Of a stretch of DNA of 64,000 bases, positions 1 through 12,606 are shown one piece after another (the first letter of the stretch is position 1; each line of letters begins with the position of its first letter). Under the pieces are notes generated by a model. The model made no database searches. It was not told the DNA's origin and saw only the letters and a list, made by a program, of their open reading frames with translations. This stretch comes from an uncultured Acidimicrobiia bacterium (GTDB lineage Bacteria; Actinomycetota; Acidimicrobiia; Acidimicrobiales; AC-14). The translations under genes were made by a program, and so were the position numbers. The stretch is taken from assembly GCA_963836205.1 (NCBI GenBank), contig CAWIIV010000007.1, positions 128,001-192,000 on the forward strand, read 5' to 3'.

Positions 1-1
1 C

Positions 2-655
2 CACGACGGCAAGACCTACGGGAAGGGCCTGGCCGAGTCGTTCGCGGCGAGGTTCACCGCCAACGGCGGCAGCGTCCTGGGCGAGGTCAGGGTCATCGCC
101 GAGGACACCACCGACTACTCCGGTGACGTCACCAACATCCAGCCCCTCAACCCCGAGATCATCTTCTACGGCGGCGAGTACACAGCCGGCGCCAGGTTCA
201 CCAGCGAGCTCAAGAAGCAGGGTGTCACCGTCCCCGTGATGGGCGGCGACGGGGTCGTCGACCAGAGCTACATCGACAACGCCAAGGAGGCCGCGGCCGG
301 CGACCTCGGTACCTCCATCGGCGCCCCCGCCGAGCAGCTCCCGTCGGCCAAGGCCTACGTCGACGCCTACCAGGCGGCCAGCTACAACGAACCCGGCTCG
401 GCCCAGGGCGCGCTGGCGTACGACGCGGCCAACGCCATCATCAACGCCCTGGTCACGGTTCTCCCGGGCAAGGACAAGATCGACCAGAGCGTGCGGGCGG
501 CGGTGATCGCGGCCGTCCAGGGCACCGACTTCCAGGGAGCCACCGGCCGGGTTGCGTTCGACGAGTTCGGCGACGCGGTGACGAAGGTCCTGACCGTCAA
601 CGAGGTGGCCGACAACGCCTGGAAGCCCATCAAGACCGGCGAGTTCGTCGCCTAG
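2..655 (+). CDS. livK: Branched-chain amino acid ABC transporter substrate-binding protein (5' truncated by window)
   Basis: Open frame from base 2 (HDGKTYGKGLA...FYGGEY...AYDAA...GATGRVAFDEFGD); first gene of livHMGF cluster. Confidence 0.9.
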   Translation, partial: HDGKTYGKGLAESFAARFTANGGSVLGEVRVIAEDTTDYSGDVTNIQPLNPEIIFYGGEYTAGARFTSELKKQGVTVPVMGGDGVVDQSYIDNAKEAAAGDLGTSIGAPAEQLPSAKAYVDAYQAASYNEPGSAQGALAYDAANAIINALVTVLPGKDKIDQSVRAAVIAAVQGTDFQGATGRVAFDEFGDAVTKVLTVNEVADNAWKPIKTGEFVA

Positions 656-804
656 CCGCCCTTCATTCCGAGGCTGTGAGCCGTAGGGTTCGCGCCGGCC
701 ACCGGACGCGGCCGCAGGCCGCCCCCCTGGCCGGCGCCGAGAAGCGGCCCGCCAGGGCGGCCCCGGGGGGAGGCTCGGAGGGGAGCCTGCCCCCTTCCGG
801 GTAG

Positions 805-1718
<914 letters not shown>

Positions 1719-1722
<4 letters not shown>

Positions 1723-3401
1723 CGGGGACGGTCCTCGACCGGGTACGTGGTGCGGCGGGGTCGGCCGTGGCCGGTCTCGTTGGCCGGGTGCCGCCGCTGC
1801 CGGCGGCGGTGGCGGGGACGGTCCTTCTGGTGGTCGGGAGCCTTTCGCCCTGGGCCACGTTCGCCGGCTTCCCGGGCAAGATGTCGCTGGCCGGGTTCCC
1901 GGGCGGGGCCCGCCAGTTCACGTTGGTGCTGGCGGCGTCGGGTGTGCTGGCGGTGGTGCGGTTGCCCGGCCGGAGGCGAGCGGGCCTGGCCGCGGCGGTG
2001 GGGGCGCTGGGGGTGGCGGCCTACAACGTGGTGGCCATCGCGGGCGAGGGCGGGGGACTGGGCGGCGTCGCCTACGGGGCGTGGCTGGCGGTGGTGGGCG
2101 GCGTGCTGCTGGCCCTGGCCTTCGCCGCCCTGCCGGCGGCGGCCGAGCGGCCCCTGCCCGACGACTGGCCCCGGTTGCCCACCGTCATCGAGTGGCTGGC
2201 GGTGGTGGCGGCGGTGGCGGCGGTGCTGTTCCTGACCGTGTGGGGACTCGCCATCGACGAGTCGAGCCGGTTCGTCTCGTGGGTGGGGTTCGTGATCGCG
2301 GCCGCCCTCGCCGTCTCCCGCCTGGGAGTGTTCTCGTGGCTGGAGGAACTGGTCGGGCGGCATCGGGCGGTGGCGCTGGGCGCGGCCGCGGTGGCATCCA
2401 TGGCGTTTCCGTTCACCCAGGCCGGCGACGCCTACTGGATCCGGGTGTTCGCCTCGGTGGGCGTGTTCGCGGCGGCTGCCATCGGGCTCAACGTGGTGGT
2501 GGGGCTGGCCGGGCTCCTCGATCTCGGCTACGTGGCCTTCTTCGGCGTCGGCGCCTACGTGGGCGCCCTGTTCGCCAACGCCACCCTCACCACCCTCCAC
2601 GTCCACCTGCCGTTCGTGCTGGTGGTGTTCTTGGGCGCGGTGATCGCAGCCTGCTTCGGCGTGCTCCTGGGCGCCCCCACCCTCCGATTACGGGGTGACT
2701 ATCTGGCCATCGTCACCCTCGGCTTCGGGGAGATCTTCCGCATCGCCGCCTTCAACCTCGACGGCGTCACCCGGGGCCCCAACGGCATCGCCGGCGTGCC
2801 CAACCTGGCCCTCGGCGACTACGACTTCGGGTCGACGCACCGGGTTTTCGGCGTCGACCTGCCCGGGTTCGCCAACTATTACTACGTGGAGCTGATTCTG
2901 CTTGCCTTCGCCATCCTGGCCTTCAGCCGGCTCAACGCCAGCCGCATCGGCCGGGCCTGGGTGGCCATCCGGGAGGACGAGGTGGCGGCCGCGGCCATGG
3001 GCGTCGACACCGTCCGCCTCAAGCTGCTGGCCTTCGCCATCGGCGCCTTCATGGCCGGAGCTGCGGGGACGGTGAACGCCCACGTCACCACCCAGGTGTC
3101 GCCCGACTCCTACACGTTCCTGGAGTCGATCCTGCTGGTGGCGGCGGTGGTGCTCGGCGGGATGGGGAGCATCCCGGGGGCCCTGTTGGGCTCGGCCGCC
3201 CTTTTCGTGATCCCCGAGAAGCTGCGGGCCTTCCAGGACAAGCGCCTCCTCCTCTTCGGCGTCGCCCTCATCCTGATGATGCGCTTCCGGCCCGAGGGAA
3301 TGATCCCCAGCCGTCGCCGGCAACGGGAGTTCCGGGACGAGGAGGGCGGGGCCGACGCCACCGGGGCGCCACCCGGAACGGCGATGGCCGGGACGCCGTG
3401 A
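1719..3401 (+). CDS. livM: Branched-chain amino acid ABC transporter permease with extra N-terminal TM region
   Basis: GLNVVVGLAGLLDLGYVAFF and LRLRGDYLAIVTLGFGEI; GTG overlaps livH stop (GTGA). Confidence 0.9.
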
Positions 3402-4199
3402 CGGTCGCCGACGCGCCCGCGGACGGCGCCCGCGGCCGCCCCCATCCTTCAGGCCAGGAAGGTCACCAAGCGGTTCGGGGGGCTGGTGGCGGTGCACGAC
3501 GTCGACCTCGACGTGGGGGAGCGGGAGATCGTCGGCCTCATCGGGCCCAACGGGGCGGGCAAGACCACGTTCTTCAACTGCCTCACCGGGCTGCTGGAGC
3601 CGACGTCGGGCCAGGTCCTGTACCGGGGCAAGGAGCTGCCGGGAAATCCGGCCCGGGTCACCAAGGCGGGGGTGGCCCGCACGTTCCAGAACATCCGCCT
3701 CTTCCCCCACATGAGCGGGTTGGAGAACGTCCTCGTCGGCCGCCACTGCCGCACCCGGGCAGGCGTGCTGGCCGCCATCGGCCGGGGACCCGCCTTCCGC
3801 CGGGAGGAGCGGGAGTCGGAGGCCCGGGCCACCGAGCTGCTGGCGTTCGTCGGCCTCACCCGCCGCCGGGACACGCTGGCCAAGAACCTGCCCTATGGCG
3901 ACCAGCGCCGGCTGGAGATCGCCCGCGCCCTGGCCACCGACCCGGGCCTGCTCCTCCTCGACGAGCCCACTGCGGGGATGAACCCGCACGAGACGGCGGC
4001 GGCCATGGACCTCGTCCGCCGGGTGCGTGACCAGGGGATCGCGGTCGTGGTGATCGAGCACGACATGCGGTTCATCTTCAACCTCTGTGACCGGGTGGCG
4101 GTGCTGGTGCAGGGATCGAAGCTGGTGGAGGGCACGCCGGCCGAGGTGCAGTCCGACGCCCGGGTGATCGAGGCCTACCTGGGCGCGCCCGCCACATGA
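3398..4199 (+). CDS. livG: ABC ATP-binding protein; apparent 1-nt frameshift in the 5' 40 nt
   Basis: GPNGAGKTT, LPYGDQRRLEIARALA, IEHDM; conserved PILQARKVTKRFGGL lies upstream of the first in-frame start; GTGA-coupled start at 3398 is out of frame. Confidence 0.85.
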
Positions 4200-4209
4200 G
4201 GATTGGGAC

Positions 4210-4932
4210 ATGACCGGCCCGCTGCTGGAGGTGCGCGACGTCCGCGTGGCCTACGGCCGCATCGAGGCGGTGAAAGGCGTGTCGTTCTCGGTCGACGCCG
4301 GGAGCCTGGTCACGCTCATCGGGAGCAACGGCGCGGGCAAGACCACCGTCCTGCGCACCATCTCCGGGCTGCTGAGCCCGACCGCGGGCGAGATCCACTT
4401 CGACGGCGAGCGCATCGACCAGCTGCCGGCCCACCAGATCGTCGAACGGGGCCTCGCCCACGCCCCCGAGGGCCGGCGCATCTTCCCCCGGATGTCGGTG
4501 CAGGAGAACCTCGACCTGGGCGCGTTCACCCGCAAGGACGGCCCGGCGGCGGTTACCGGCGACCTCGACGGTGTGTACGAACGTTTCCCCGTCCTCGGCG
4601 AGCGCCGGTCGCAGGCCGCGGGGACCCTGTCGGGCGGGGAGCAGCAGATGCTCGCCATCGGGCGGGCCCTCATGTGCCGGCCCCGCCTGCTCATGCTCGA
4701 CGAGCCGTCGATGGGGCTGTCGCCGATCATGATGCGCCGCATCTTCGACGCCCTGGCCGAGCTCAAGGTGGCCGGCACCACCGTCCTGCTGGTGGAGCAG
4801 AACGCGTCGGCCGCCCTGGCCCTCGCCGACGAGGCCCACGTGTTGGAGACGGGCCGCATCGTGCTCTCCGGCACCGCCGCCGACCTCCGCGACAACGCCC
4901 AGGTCCGCAAGGCCTACCTGGGCGAGGACTAG
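4210..4932 (+). CDS. livF: ABC ATP-binding protein
   Basis: GSNGAGKTT, LSGGEQQMLAIGRALM, LLVEQN. Confidence 0.95.
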   Translation: MTGPLLEVRDVRVAYGRIEAVKGVSFSVDAGSLVTLIGSNGAGKTTVLRTISGLLSPTAGEIHFDGERIDQLPAHQIVERGLAHAPEGRRIFPRMSVQENLDLGAFTRKDGPAAVTGDLDGVYERFPVLGERRSQAAGTLSGGEQQMLAIGRALMCRPRLLMLDEPSMGLSPIMMRRIFDALAELKVAGTTVLLVEQNASAALALADEAHVLETGRIVLSGTAADLRDNAQVRKAYLGED

Positions 4933-5095
4933 GAGTCGGTCGCTGCTGTCGACCTGGGGCCCGTTCCGCGGCACCCACACGGCGGTCGTGGGCATGAAAA
5001 GGTGCGTGCAGCACCCCTTTTCCGACCCAAGACCAAGCGGCCGGCCGGGACGACGGTGCGGCCGCTCGACGTCGGGCATCGTCGGCGTGGGCTGG

Positions 5096-5803
5096 TTACG
5101 AGGTGGCGCCGACCCGGGCGAGAACCTCCTCGACGGGGGCGACCAGGCCGGTGACGAAGGGGCCGAACTCGGCGTAGACGGCCGACGCCTGGTCGAAGCG
5201 CATCTCGTGGACGCACTCCTTGAGCGCGACCGGGTCGGTGGCGAAGAGGGTGACCGCCCACTCCCAGTCGTCGAGGCCGGTGGAGCCGGTGATGAGCTGC
5301 ACCACCCGTCCCGCGTACGTGCGGCCGACCCGTCCGTGGCCCTCCATCAGCGCCCGCCGCTCCTCGAAAGGAAGGGTGTACCAGTTGCCGGTGAGGTCGC
5401 GACGTTTCGACATGGGATAGAAGCACATGGCCCGCTTGCCCTCGGGCGGAAGCACCGGGTGGAGGCGGGACTCGAGCATCTCCGCCGGCATCCCCTTGGC
5501 GTACTCCGACACCTCGGTGAGCGACACGTAGGAGTCGGCCATGACCAGCCCGGCGGCGGCCAGGTCGGCCTGGAGCCGTTGGAGGCGCCAGAGGTCGGGG
5601 CCGACGGCCATGAACCCCAGGTCGCCCTTGTGGCCGAGGACGGCGAAGGTGACCACCTGGTAGTCGTCGGCCTGGCACGACTTCACCGCCGCCACCACCG
5701 CCTCCCGGTCGACGCCGCCCGCCGGCGCCTTGCAGAACAGGTGGAGCACGCACCAGCCCACGGAGGGGACGATCGGCGCAGTCGAGGAGGTGTCTTCAGT
5801 CAC
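5096..5803 (-). CDS. hemQ: Coproheme decarboxylase / chlorite dismutase family
   Basis: FYPMSKRR-NWY-LP-EER-LM-HG-GR-YAG, GLDDWEW, EMRFD, YAEFGPF motifs; GTG start 7 nt after CAGAAT. Confidence 0.8.
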   Translation of the reverse strand: MTEDTSSTAPIVPSVGWCVLHLFCKAPAGGVDREAVVAAVKSCQADDYQVVTFAVLGHKGDLGFMAVGPDLWRLQRLQADLAAAGLVMADSYVSLTEVSEYAKGMPAEMLESRLHPVLPPEGKRAMCFYPMSKRRDLTGNWYTLPFEERRALMEGHGRVGRTYAGRVVQLITGSTGLDDWEWAVTLFATDPVALKECVHEMRFDQASAVYAEFGPFVTGLVAPVEEVLARVGATS

Positions 5804-5820
5804 GGTTCCCATTCTGGACG

Positions 5821-5855
5821 CGACGAAGGGGCCGGGTGGACCGGCCCCTTCGTCG
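5821..5855 (-). terminator. groEL intrinsic terminator-like hairpin
   Basis: Perfect 15-bp inverted repeat CGACGAAGGGGCCGG-gtgga-CCGGCCCCTTCGTCG, 22 nt past groEL stop. Confidence 0.8.
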
Positions 5856-5877
5856 AGAGTGCTGACCGAGTGGCGAC

Positions 5878-7527
<1,650 letters not shown>

Positions 7528-7554
7528 TTAGCACTCTCTTGCTGTGAGTGCTAA
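7528..7554 (-). promoter_or_regulatory. CIRCE element (HrcA operator)
   Basis: Exact TTAGCACTC-N9-GAGTGCTAA upstream of groEL. Confidence 0.97.
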
Positions 7555-7640
7555 CAGAATACCCACGGATCGGAGGGGTTTGGCAACCGGCGCCCCAATG
7601 GGTTTCGAGAGTGCCAGCCGCGACCGCCGATTCCGCCCAG

Positions 7641-7913
7641 CTATCCGCCGGCCACCGCCGGGATGATCGACACGGTCTGGCCCTCGCCGACGGCGGTGTC
7701 GAGGCCCTGGGCGAAGCGGACGTCCTCGTCGGCCACGAACACGTTGACGAAGCGGCGGAGCTGGCCGTCGTCGCCGAAGAGGCGCTCCTTGAAGCCGGGG
7801 TGGCCGGCCTCCAGGGCGGCGAGGACCTCGCCGACGGTCGCGCCGTCGACCTTGACCTCGCCCTCGCCCCCCGACAGGGTGCGCAGCTGGGTGGGGATGC
7901 GGACGGTGACCAT
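7641..7913 (-). CDS. MoaD/ThiS/CysO-family ubiquitin-like sulfur carrier
   Basis: MVTVRIPTQLR...RRFVNVFVADEDVRF...IIPAVAGG with C-terminal GG. Confidence 0.92.
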   Translation of the reverse strand: MVTVRIPTQLRTLSGGEGEVKVDGATVGEVLAALEAGHPGFKERLFGDDGQLRRFVNVFVADEDVRFAQGLDTAVGEGQTVSIIPAVAGG

Positions 7914-7915
7914 CT

Positions 7916-9160
7916 TCAGCCGATCTCCTCTAGTGGGCCCATGGCGGCCTCGAAGGCGGCCATCGTGGGGGCGATGGTGACGGTGGGGGCGACGAGGGGG
8001 GCGATGGCCTCCAACGTCTTGAGGCCGTGGCCGGTGATGTAGGCCACCACCCGCTCGTCGCTGCGGACGACCCCCGACGCGGCCAGCTTGGCCAGGGTGG
8101 CGACGGTGACGCCCCCGGCCGTCTCCGCGAAGATCCCCTCGGTGCGGGCCAGCAGGAGGATGGCGTCGCGGATCTCGTCGTCGGTGACAGACGCCAGCGC
8201 CCCCCCGCTCGCACGGACCGTCTCCAGGGCGTAGAACCCGTCGGCCGGGTTGCCGATGGCGAGGGACTTGGCGATGGTCTTGGGCTTCACCGGGCGGATG
8301 AAGTCGTGGCCCTCGATGAAGGCGGTGGCGACGGGGGAGCAGCCCTCGGCCTGGGCGCCGGAGATGCGCACGTGGGGCTCCTCGTCGAGCAGGCCAACCT
8401 TCCACAGCTCCTCGAAGCCTTTGGCGATCTTGGTCAGCTGTGACCCGGACGCCACCGGCACGACCACGTGGTCGGGGGTCTCCCAGCCCAGTTGCTCGGC
8501 CGTCTCGAAGGCCAGGGTCTTCGATCCCTCGGCGTAGTAGGTGCGCAGGTTGACGTTGACGAAGGCCCACGTGGGGCGCTCGGAGGCGAGCTCGGCGCAC
8601 AACCGGTTGACGTCGTCGTAGCTGCCCTCGACCGCCACCAGGTTGGGGCCGTAGACGGCGGTGGAGACCACCTTGCCCGACTCCAGGTCGGCGGGGATGA
8701 AGACCACGTGGCGCATCCCGGCCCGGGCCGCGTGGGCCGCCACCGAGTTGGCCAGGTTGCCGGTGGACGCGCACGCGGCCACTTTGAAGCCCATGGCCCG
8801 GGCCCGGGCCAGGGCCACCGAGACGACCCGGTCCTTGAACGAGCCGGTGGGGTTGAGGGTGTCGTTCTTGAGCCACAGCTCGCCCAGGCCCAGCTGGGCG
8901 GCCAGGCGGTCGGCCCGGACCAGGGGGGTGAAGCCCGCCCCCAGGTCGACGGCACCGTCGTTGACCGCCGGCAGCAGGTTGGCGTAGCGCCAGATCGACG
9001 CCGGCCCGGCCGCGATCGACTCCCGGGTGGTGGCGGCGGCGATGGCGTCGTAGTCGTAGCTGACCTCGAGCGGCCCGAAGCACCAGTCGCACACGTGCAA
9101 CGCCTCCGCCGGGAAGGCGCGCCCACACTCACGACATCGGAGACCTTCGACGAAGGACAC
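7916..9160 (-). CDS. Threonine synthase-family PLP enzyme (probably O-phosphohomoserine sulfhydrylase-like)
   Basis: N-terminal CxxC..CxxC, NPTGSFKDR (PLP Lys), ASTGNLA, ITGHGLK; paired with sulfur carrier and SAM riboswitch. Confidence 0.85.
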   Translation of the reverse strand: MSFVEGLRCRECGRAFPAEALHVCDWCFGPLEVSYDYDAIAAATTRESIAAGPASIWRYANLLPAVNDGAVDLGAGFTPLVRADRLAAQLGLGELWLKNDTLNPTGSFKDRVVSVALARARAMGFKVAACASTGNLANSVAAHAARAGMRHVVFIPADLESGKVVSTAVYGPNLVAVEGSYDDVNRLCAELASERPTWAFVNVNLRTYYAEGSKTLAFETAEQLGWETPDHVVVPVASGSQLTKIAKGFEELWKVGLLDEEPHVRISGAQAEGCSPVATAFIEGHDFIRPVKPKTIAKSLAIGNPADGFYALETVRASGGALASVTDDEIRDAILLLARTEGIFAETAGGVTVATLAKLAASGVVRSDERVVAYITGHGLKTLEAIAPLVAPTVTIAPTMAAFEAAMGPLEEIG

Positions 9161-9188
9161 GTTGTTGACCACCTCGGGTCCCCTCCCA

Positions 9189-9293
9189 ATCATCGTTCCG
9201 GGCGGTGGCACCTGGCTCGTTCCCGCCGGGGGGCGGGGCGTGCTGGTTGTCGCGGTTTCGTCGGGCCCGGTCCCTCGACCGCTCTGGATGAGT
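9189..9293 (-). ncRNA. SAM-I (S-box) riboswitch
   Basis: Minus strand reads CTCATCCAGAG-CGGT-CGAGGGA-CCGGGCCCGACGAA-ACCG-CGACAACC...AGGTGCC...GATGA, the S-box P1/P2 kink-turn/P3 signature. Confidence 0.88.
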
Positions 9294-9328
9294 TGCCATC
9301 ATCATAGGGGAGGCGGGAGCATGCCGTC

Positions 9329-10141
9329 GTGGCCCCGATCTCACTCCTTGGCCGCGTCTCGGTGTGCCTGCCGGCGCGCAACGAGGAGGCCACCGTCGGC
9401 CCCATCGTGGCCGCCGTCGTGCGGGAGCTGGTGGAGCGCAGGGGCGTGGTCGACGAGGTGGTCGTGGTCGACGACGGGTCCACCGACGCCACCGCCGCGG
9501 TGGCAGCGGCGGCGGGGGCGGTCGTGGCGACCGCGGCCGACGTCCTGCCCGGCGTGGGACCGGGCACGGGCAAGGGCGAGGCCCTGTGGAAGTCGCTCCA
9601 CGTGGCCACTGGCGACGTCCTTGTCTTCCTCGACGCCGACCTGCTCCATTTCGACCCCGCCTTCGTCACCGGGTTGTTGGGACCGCTGGCGGACGATCCG
9701 ACGGTCGGGTTCGTCAAGGGCTTCTACGAGCGTCCGGGCGGCGGCGGGCGGGTGACGGAGCTGGTGGCCCGGCCCATGCTGGGGCTGTTCTTCCCCGAGC
9801 TGGCCTGCGTCCGCCAGCCCCTGGGGGGCGAGTTCGCGGCCCGGCGGGAGGTGCTGGAGCAGGTGCCGTTCGTGCAGGGCTACGGGGTCGACCTGGCCCT
9901 GGTGGTCGACGTGGCCGCCCGCTTCGGGCCGGCCACCATCGCCCAGGTCGACCTCGGCGTGCGCACCCACCGCAACCGGCCCCTCGACGAGCTGGGGGCC
10001 CAGGCCACGGCGGTGCTGCGGGTGGCGTTGCAACGGGCCGGGATCGAGGACCGGCCCGGGTGGGGCTCGGCCGACGTGGCCCAGCGCCCACCCATCGTCG
10101 AGGTCGAGGAGTACCGGGCGGGCCGGGTCACCTGCCCCTGA
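9329..10141 (+). CDS. gpgS: Glucosyl-3-phosphoglycerate synthase
   Basis: VSVCLPARNEE, GKGEALW, FLDAD, GGRVTELVARP, QPLGGE, HRNRPL. Confidence 0.88.
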   Translation: MAPISLLGRVSVCLPARNEEATVGPIVAAVVRELVERRGVVDEVVVVDDGSTDATAAVAAAAGAVVATAADVLPGVGPGTGKGEALWKSLHVATGDVLVFLDADLLHFDPAFVTGLLGPLADDPTVGFVKGFYERPGGGGRVTELVARPMLGLFFPELACVRQPLGGEFAARREVLEQVPFVQGYGVDLALVVDVAARFGPATIAQVDLGVRTHRNRPLDELGAQATAVLRVALQRAGIEDRPGWGSADVAQRPPIVEVEEYRAGRVTCP

Positions 10142-11153
10142 GGGCCAGCTCGGCGGCCACGACCGCGTCGACGCAGCCGATCGGGTCCCACGTCGCCTCC
10201 TCCCGCCCGAATCGTTCCACCAGGGACACGAGGGTGACGCCGAGGGGAAGGTCGGGGAGCAGGTCGACGGGGTCGATGACCCCGGCCACCACCAGGACGG
10301 GCACGCCCGCGTCGGCGGCCAGCTGGATGACGCCTCCAACGGCCTTGCCCGCGAAGGACTCCGCGTCGAGATGGCCCTCCCCGGTGACCACCAGGTCGGC
10401 CCCCGCGATGCGCTCGGCCAGGTCGAGGGTCTCCGCCACCAGCTCGAAGCCGGGGACGAGGACGGCCCCCGCGGCGGCCAGTCCCCCGGCCAGCCCTCCG
10501 GCCGCGCCCGACCCGGGCAGGCGGCGGACGTCGACGCCGTAGTCGCGGATGTAGACCTCGACCAGGCGCTCGAGGCGGCGGCGGAGGAGGGCGACCTGGG
10601 CCGCAGTGGCCCCCTTCTGGGGGGCGAAGACCTCGGCTGCGTCGACGAACAGGGTGGTGACGTCGCACGCCACCACCACCTCGACCGCGCCCCGGAGCCG
10701 CCGAGCGGGGTTGAGGGCGGTGAGGGCGGCCAGGCCGCCATCGGTGGTGGCCGACCCGCCCACGCCCACGATCACCCGGGTGGCGCCGGCGTCGAGGGCG
10801 GCGGCCAGCAGCTCGCCCGTTCCCCGGGTCGACGCCCGCAGGGGGTCGTTTCCGCCGGGCCCGCCCACCAGGTCGATCCCCGACGCCCGGGCCATCTCCA
10901 CCACAGCGGTGCCGTTGGCGTACATCCGCCACTCGGCCTGGACCTGGTCGCCGAGGGGGCCGTGGACCGTGGTGTGGCGGGGCGTGCCGCCCAGGGCCTC
11001 CAGGGTGCCCTCGCCGCCGTCGGCCACCGGGATCTGGTCGCACGACCACCCGTACCGCTCGGCGGCATGGGCGACGGCCACCGCCACCTGGGCGGCGGTG
11101 GCGGTGCCCCGGAACTTGTCCGGCGCGGCGACCAGTCGGGGGCCCGTTGCCAT
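10128..11153 (-). CDS. glxK: Glycerate kinase (GlxK family)
   Basis: APDKFRGT, PVADGGEGT, GVGGSATTDGG, GAAGG, VTGEG. Confidence 0.92.
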   Translation of the reverse strand: MATGPRLVAAPDKFRGTATAAQVAVAVAHAAERYGWSCDQIPVADGGEGTLEALGGTPRHTTVHGPLGDQVQAEWRMYANGTAVVEMARASGIDLVGGPGGNDPLRASTRGTGELLAAALDAGATRVIVGVGGSATTDGGLAALTALNPARRLRGAVEVVVACDVTTLFVDAAEVFAPQKGATAAQVALLRRRLERLVEVYIRDYGVDVRRLPGSGAAGGLAGGLAAAGAVLVPGFELVAETLDLAERIAGADLVVTGEGHLDAESFAGKAVGGVIQLAADAGVPVLVVAGVIDPVDLLPDLPLGVTLVSLVERFGREEATWDPIGCVDAVVAAELALRGR

Positions 11154-11169
11154 GGCGTTATCGTGGCGC

Positions 11170-12606
11170 ATGGCCGATGCAATTCCGCCGGTCGTCCTCG
11201 TTTCCAACCGGGGTCCGCTCACGTTCACCCGGGACGACGACGGCGACCTGGTCGCCAGCCGGGGCGGCGGGGGCCTGGTGTCCAGCCTGGGGCCGATGGT
11301 GCGCGACGTGGGGGCCACGTGGATCGCGGCGGCCATGAGCGACGAGGACCGGGAGGCGGCGGCCGGGGGCGTGGTCGACGCCAAGGGCTTCAAGGTCCAC
11401 ACCCTGGCCGTCGATCCCCACGCCTACCGCATGGCCTACGACGTGGTGTCGAACGCCACCCTCTGGTTCCTCCACCACGGCCTGTTCGACCTCTCCCGCC
11501 GGCCCCGCCTCGACCGGCGGTGGGCGGAGGCCTGGGCCGCCTACCGCGAGGTCAACCACGCTTTCGCCCGGGCCGTCATCGACCAGGCCCCGGAGGGCGC
11601 GGTCGTCCTGGTGCAGGACTACCACCTGTCGCTGGTGGGCACGTGGCTGGCCCAGGAGCGTCCCGACCTGCGGGCGGTGCACTTCACCCATACCCCGTTC
11701 TGCAGTCCCGACCTGCTGCGGGTGCTGCCGGCCCGGGTGGCCGAGGAGCTGCTGGGAGGAATGGCGAGCCACACCGCGTGCGGCTTCCACGCCCGGCGGT
11801 GGGCCGACAACTTCGCCGCCTGCTGCTCGGAGGTGCTGGGGTGGGAGCCGGCGACGTTCGTGTCGCCCATCGCGCCCGACCTGGCCGAGCTGGAAGAGGT
11901 GGCCGCGTCCGACGAGTGCACGGCCGAGATCGAGAAGCTCGACGCCCTGGTCGACGGGCGCCTGCTCATCGTGCGGGTCGACCGCATCGAGCTGTCGAAG
12001 AACCTGATGCGGGGCTTCCTGGCCTTCGACGACCTCCTGCACACCCGGCCCGAGTGGCGGGGACGGGTGGTCTTCATGGCCCAGGCCTACCCGTCGCGCG
12101 AGTCGCTGCCCGAGTACCTGGCCTACCGCCAGGAGGTCGAGACCCTGGCCCGGCTGCTGAACGACCGGTGGGCGACGCCCGGCTGGACCCCCATCGTGCT
12201 CGACACGTCCGACAACTACGTCTCGTCGGTGGCCGCCCTCGTCCGCTACGACGTGCTCCTCGTCAACCCCGTCCGCGACGGCCTCAACCTGGTGGCCAAG
12301 GAAGGCGCCCTCCTCAACCGGAACAACGGGGTCCTGGCCCTCAGCCGGGAGGCGGGGGTGTGGGACGAGCTGGGTGAGACGGCCCTCGAGGTCAACCCGT
12401 TCGACGTGGCCGGCACGTCCGACGTCCTGTCAGCCGCGCTGACGATGGGAGCGGACGAGCGGGAGGCCCACGCCGCCGCCCTGCGCAAGGCGGCCGGGGC
12501 TCGCGTCCCCCACGACTGGCTGGCCGACCAGCTGGCGGCCGCCGCTACCGGGCGCCCGGGTTCGGGGGGTGCGGGCTCGACGGAGCCAGGGCCTGGAGCA
12601 GGCTGA
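11170..12606 (+). CDS. otsA: Trehalose-6-phosphate synthase (GT20)
   Basis: VSNRGP, GGGLV, VQDYHL, HTPF, RVDRIELSKN, DGLNLVAKE. Confidence 0.9.
   Translation: MADAIPPVVLVSNRGPLTFTRDDDGDLVASRGGGGLVSSLGPMVRDVGATWIAAAMSDEDREAAAGGVVDAKGFKVHTLAVDPHAYRMAYDVVSNATLWFLHHGLFDLSRRPRLDRRWAEAWAAYREVNHAFARAVIDQAPEGAVVLVQDYHLSLVGTWLAQERPDLRAVHFTHTPFCSPDLLRVLPARVAEELLGGMASHTACGFHARRWADNFAACCSEVLGWEPATFVSPIAPDLAELEEVAASDECTAEIEKLDALVDGRLLIVRVDRIELSKNLMRGFLAFDDLLHTRPEWRGRVVFMAQAYPSRESLPEYLAYRQEVETLARLLNDRWATPGWTPIVLDTSDNYVSSVAALVRYDVLLVNPVRDGLNLVAKEGALLNRNNGVLALSREAGVWDELGETALEVNPFDVAGTSDVLSAALTMGADEREAHAAALRKAAGARVPHDWLADQLAAAATGRPGSGGAGSTEPGPGAG

Noticed and set aside
4933-5095. ncRNA between livF and hemQ
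   Set aside because: Short hairpins are adequately explained as terminators between convergent genes.
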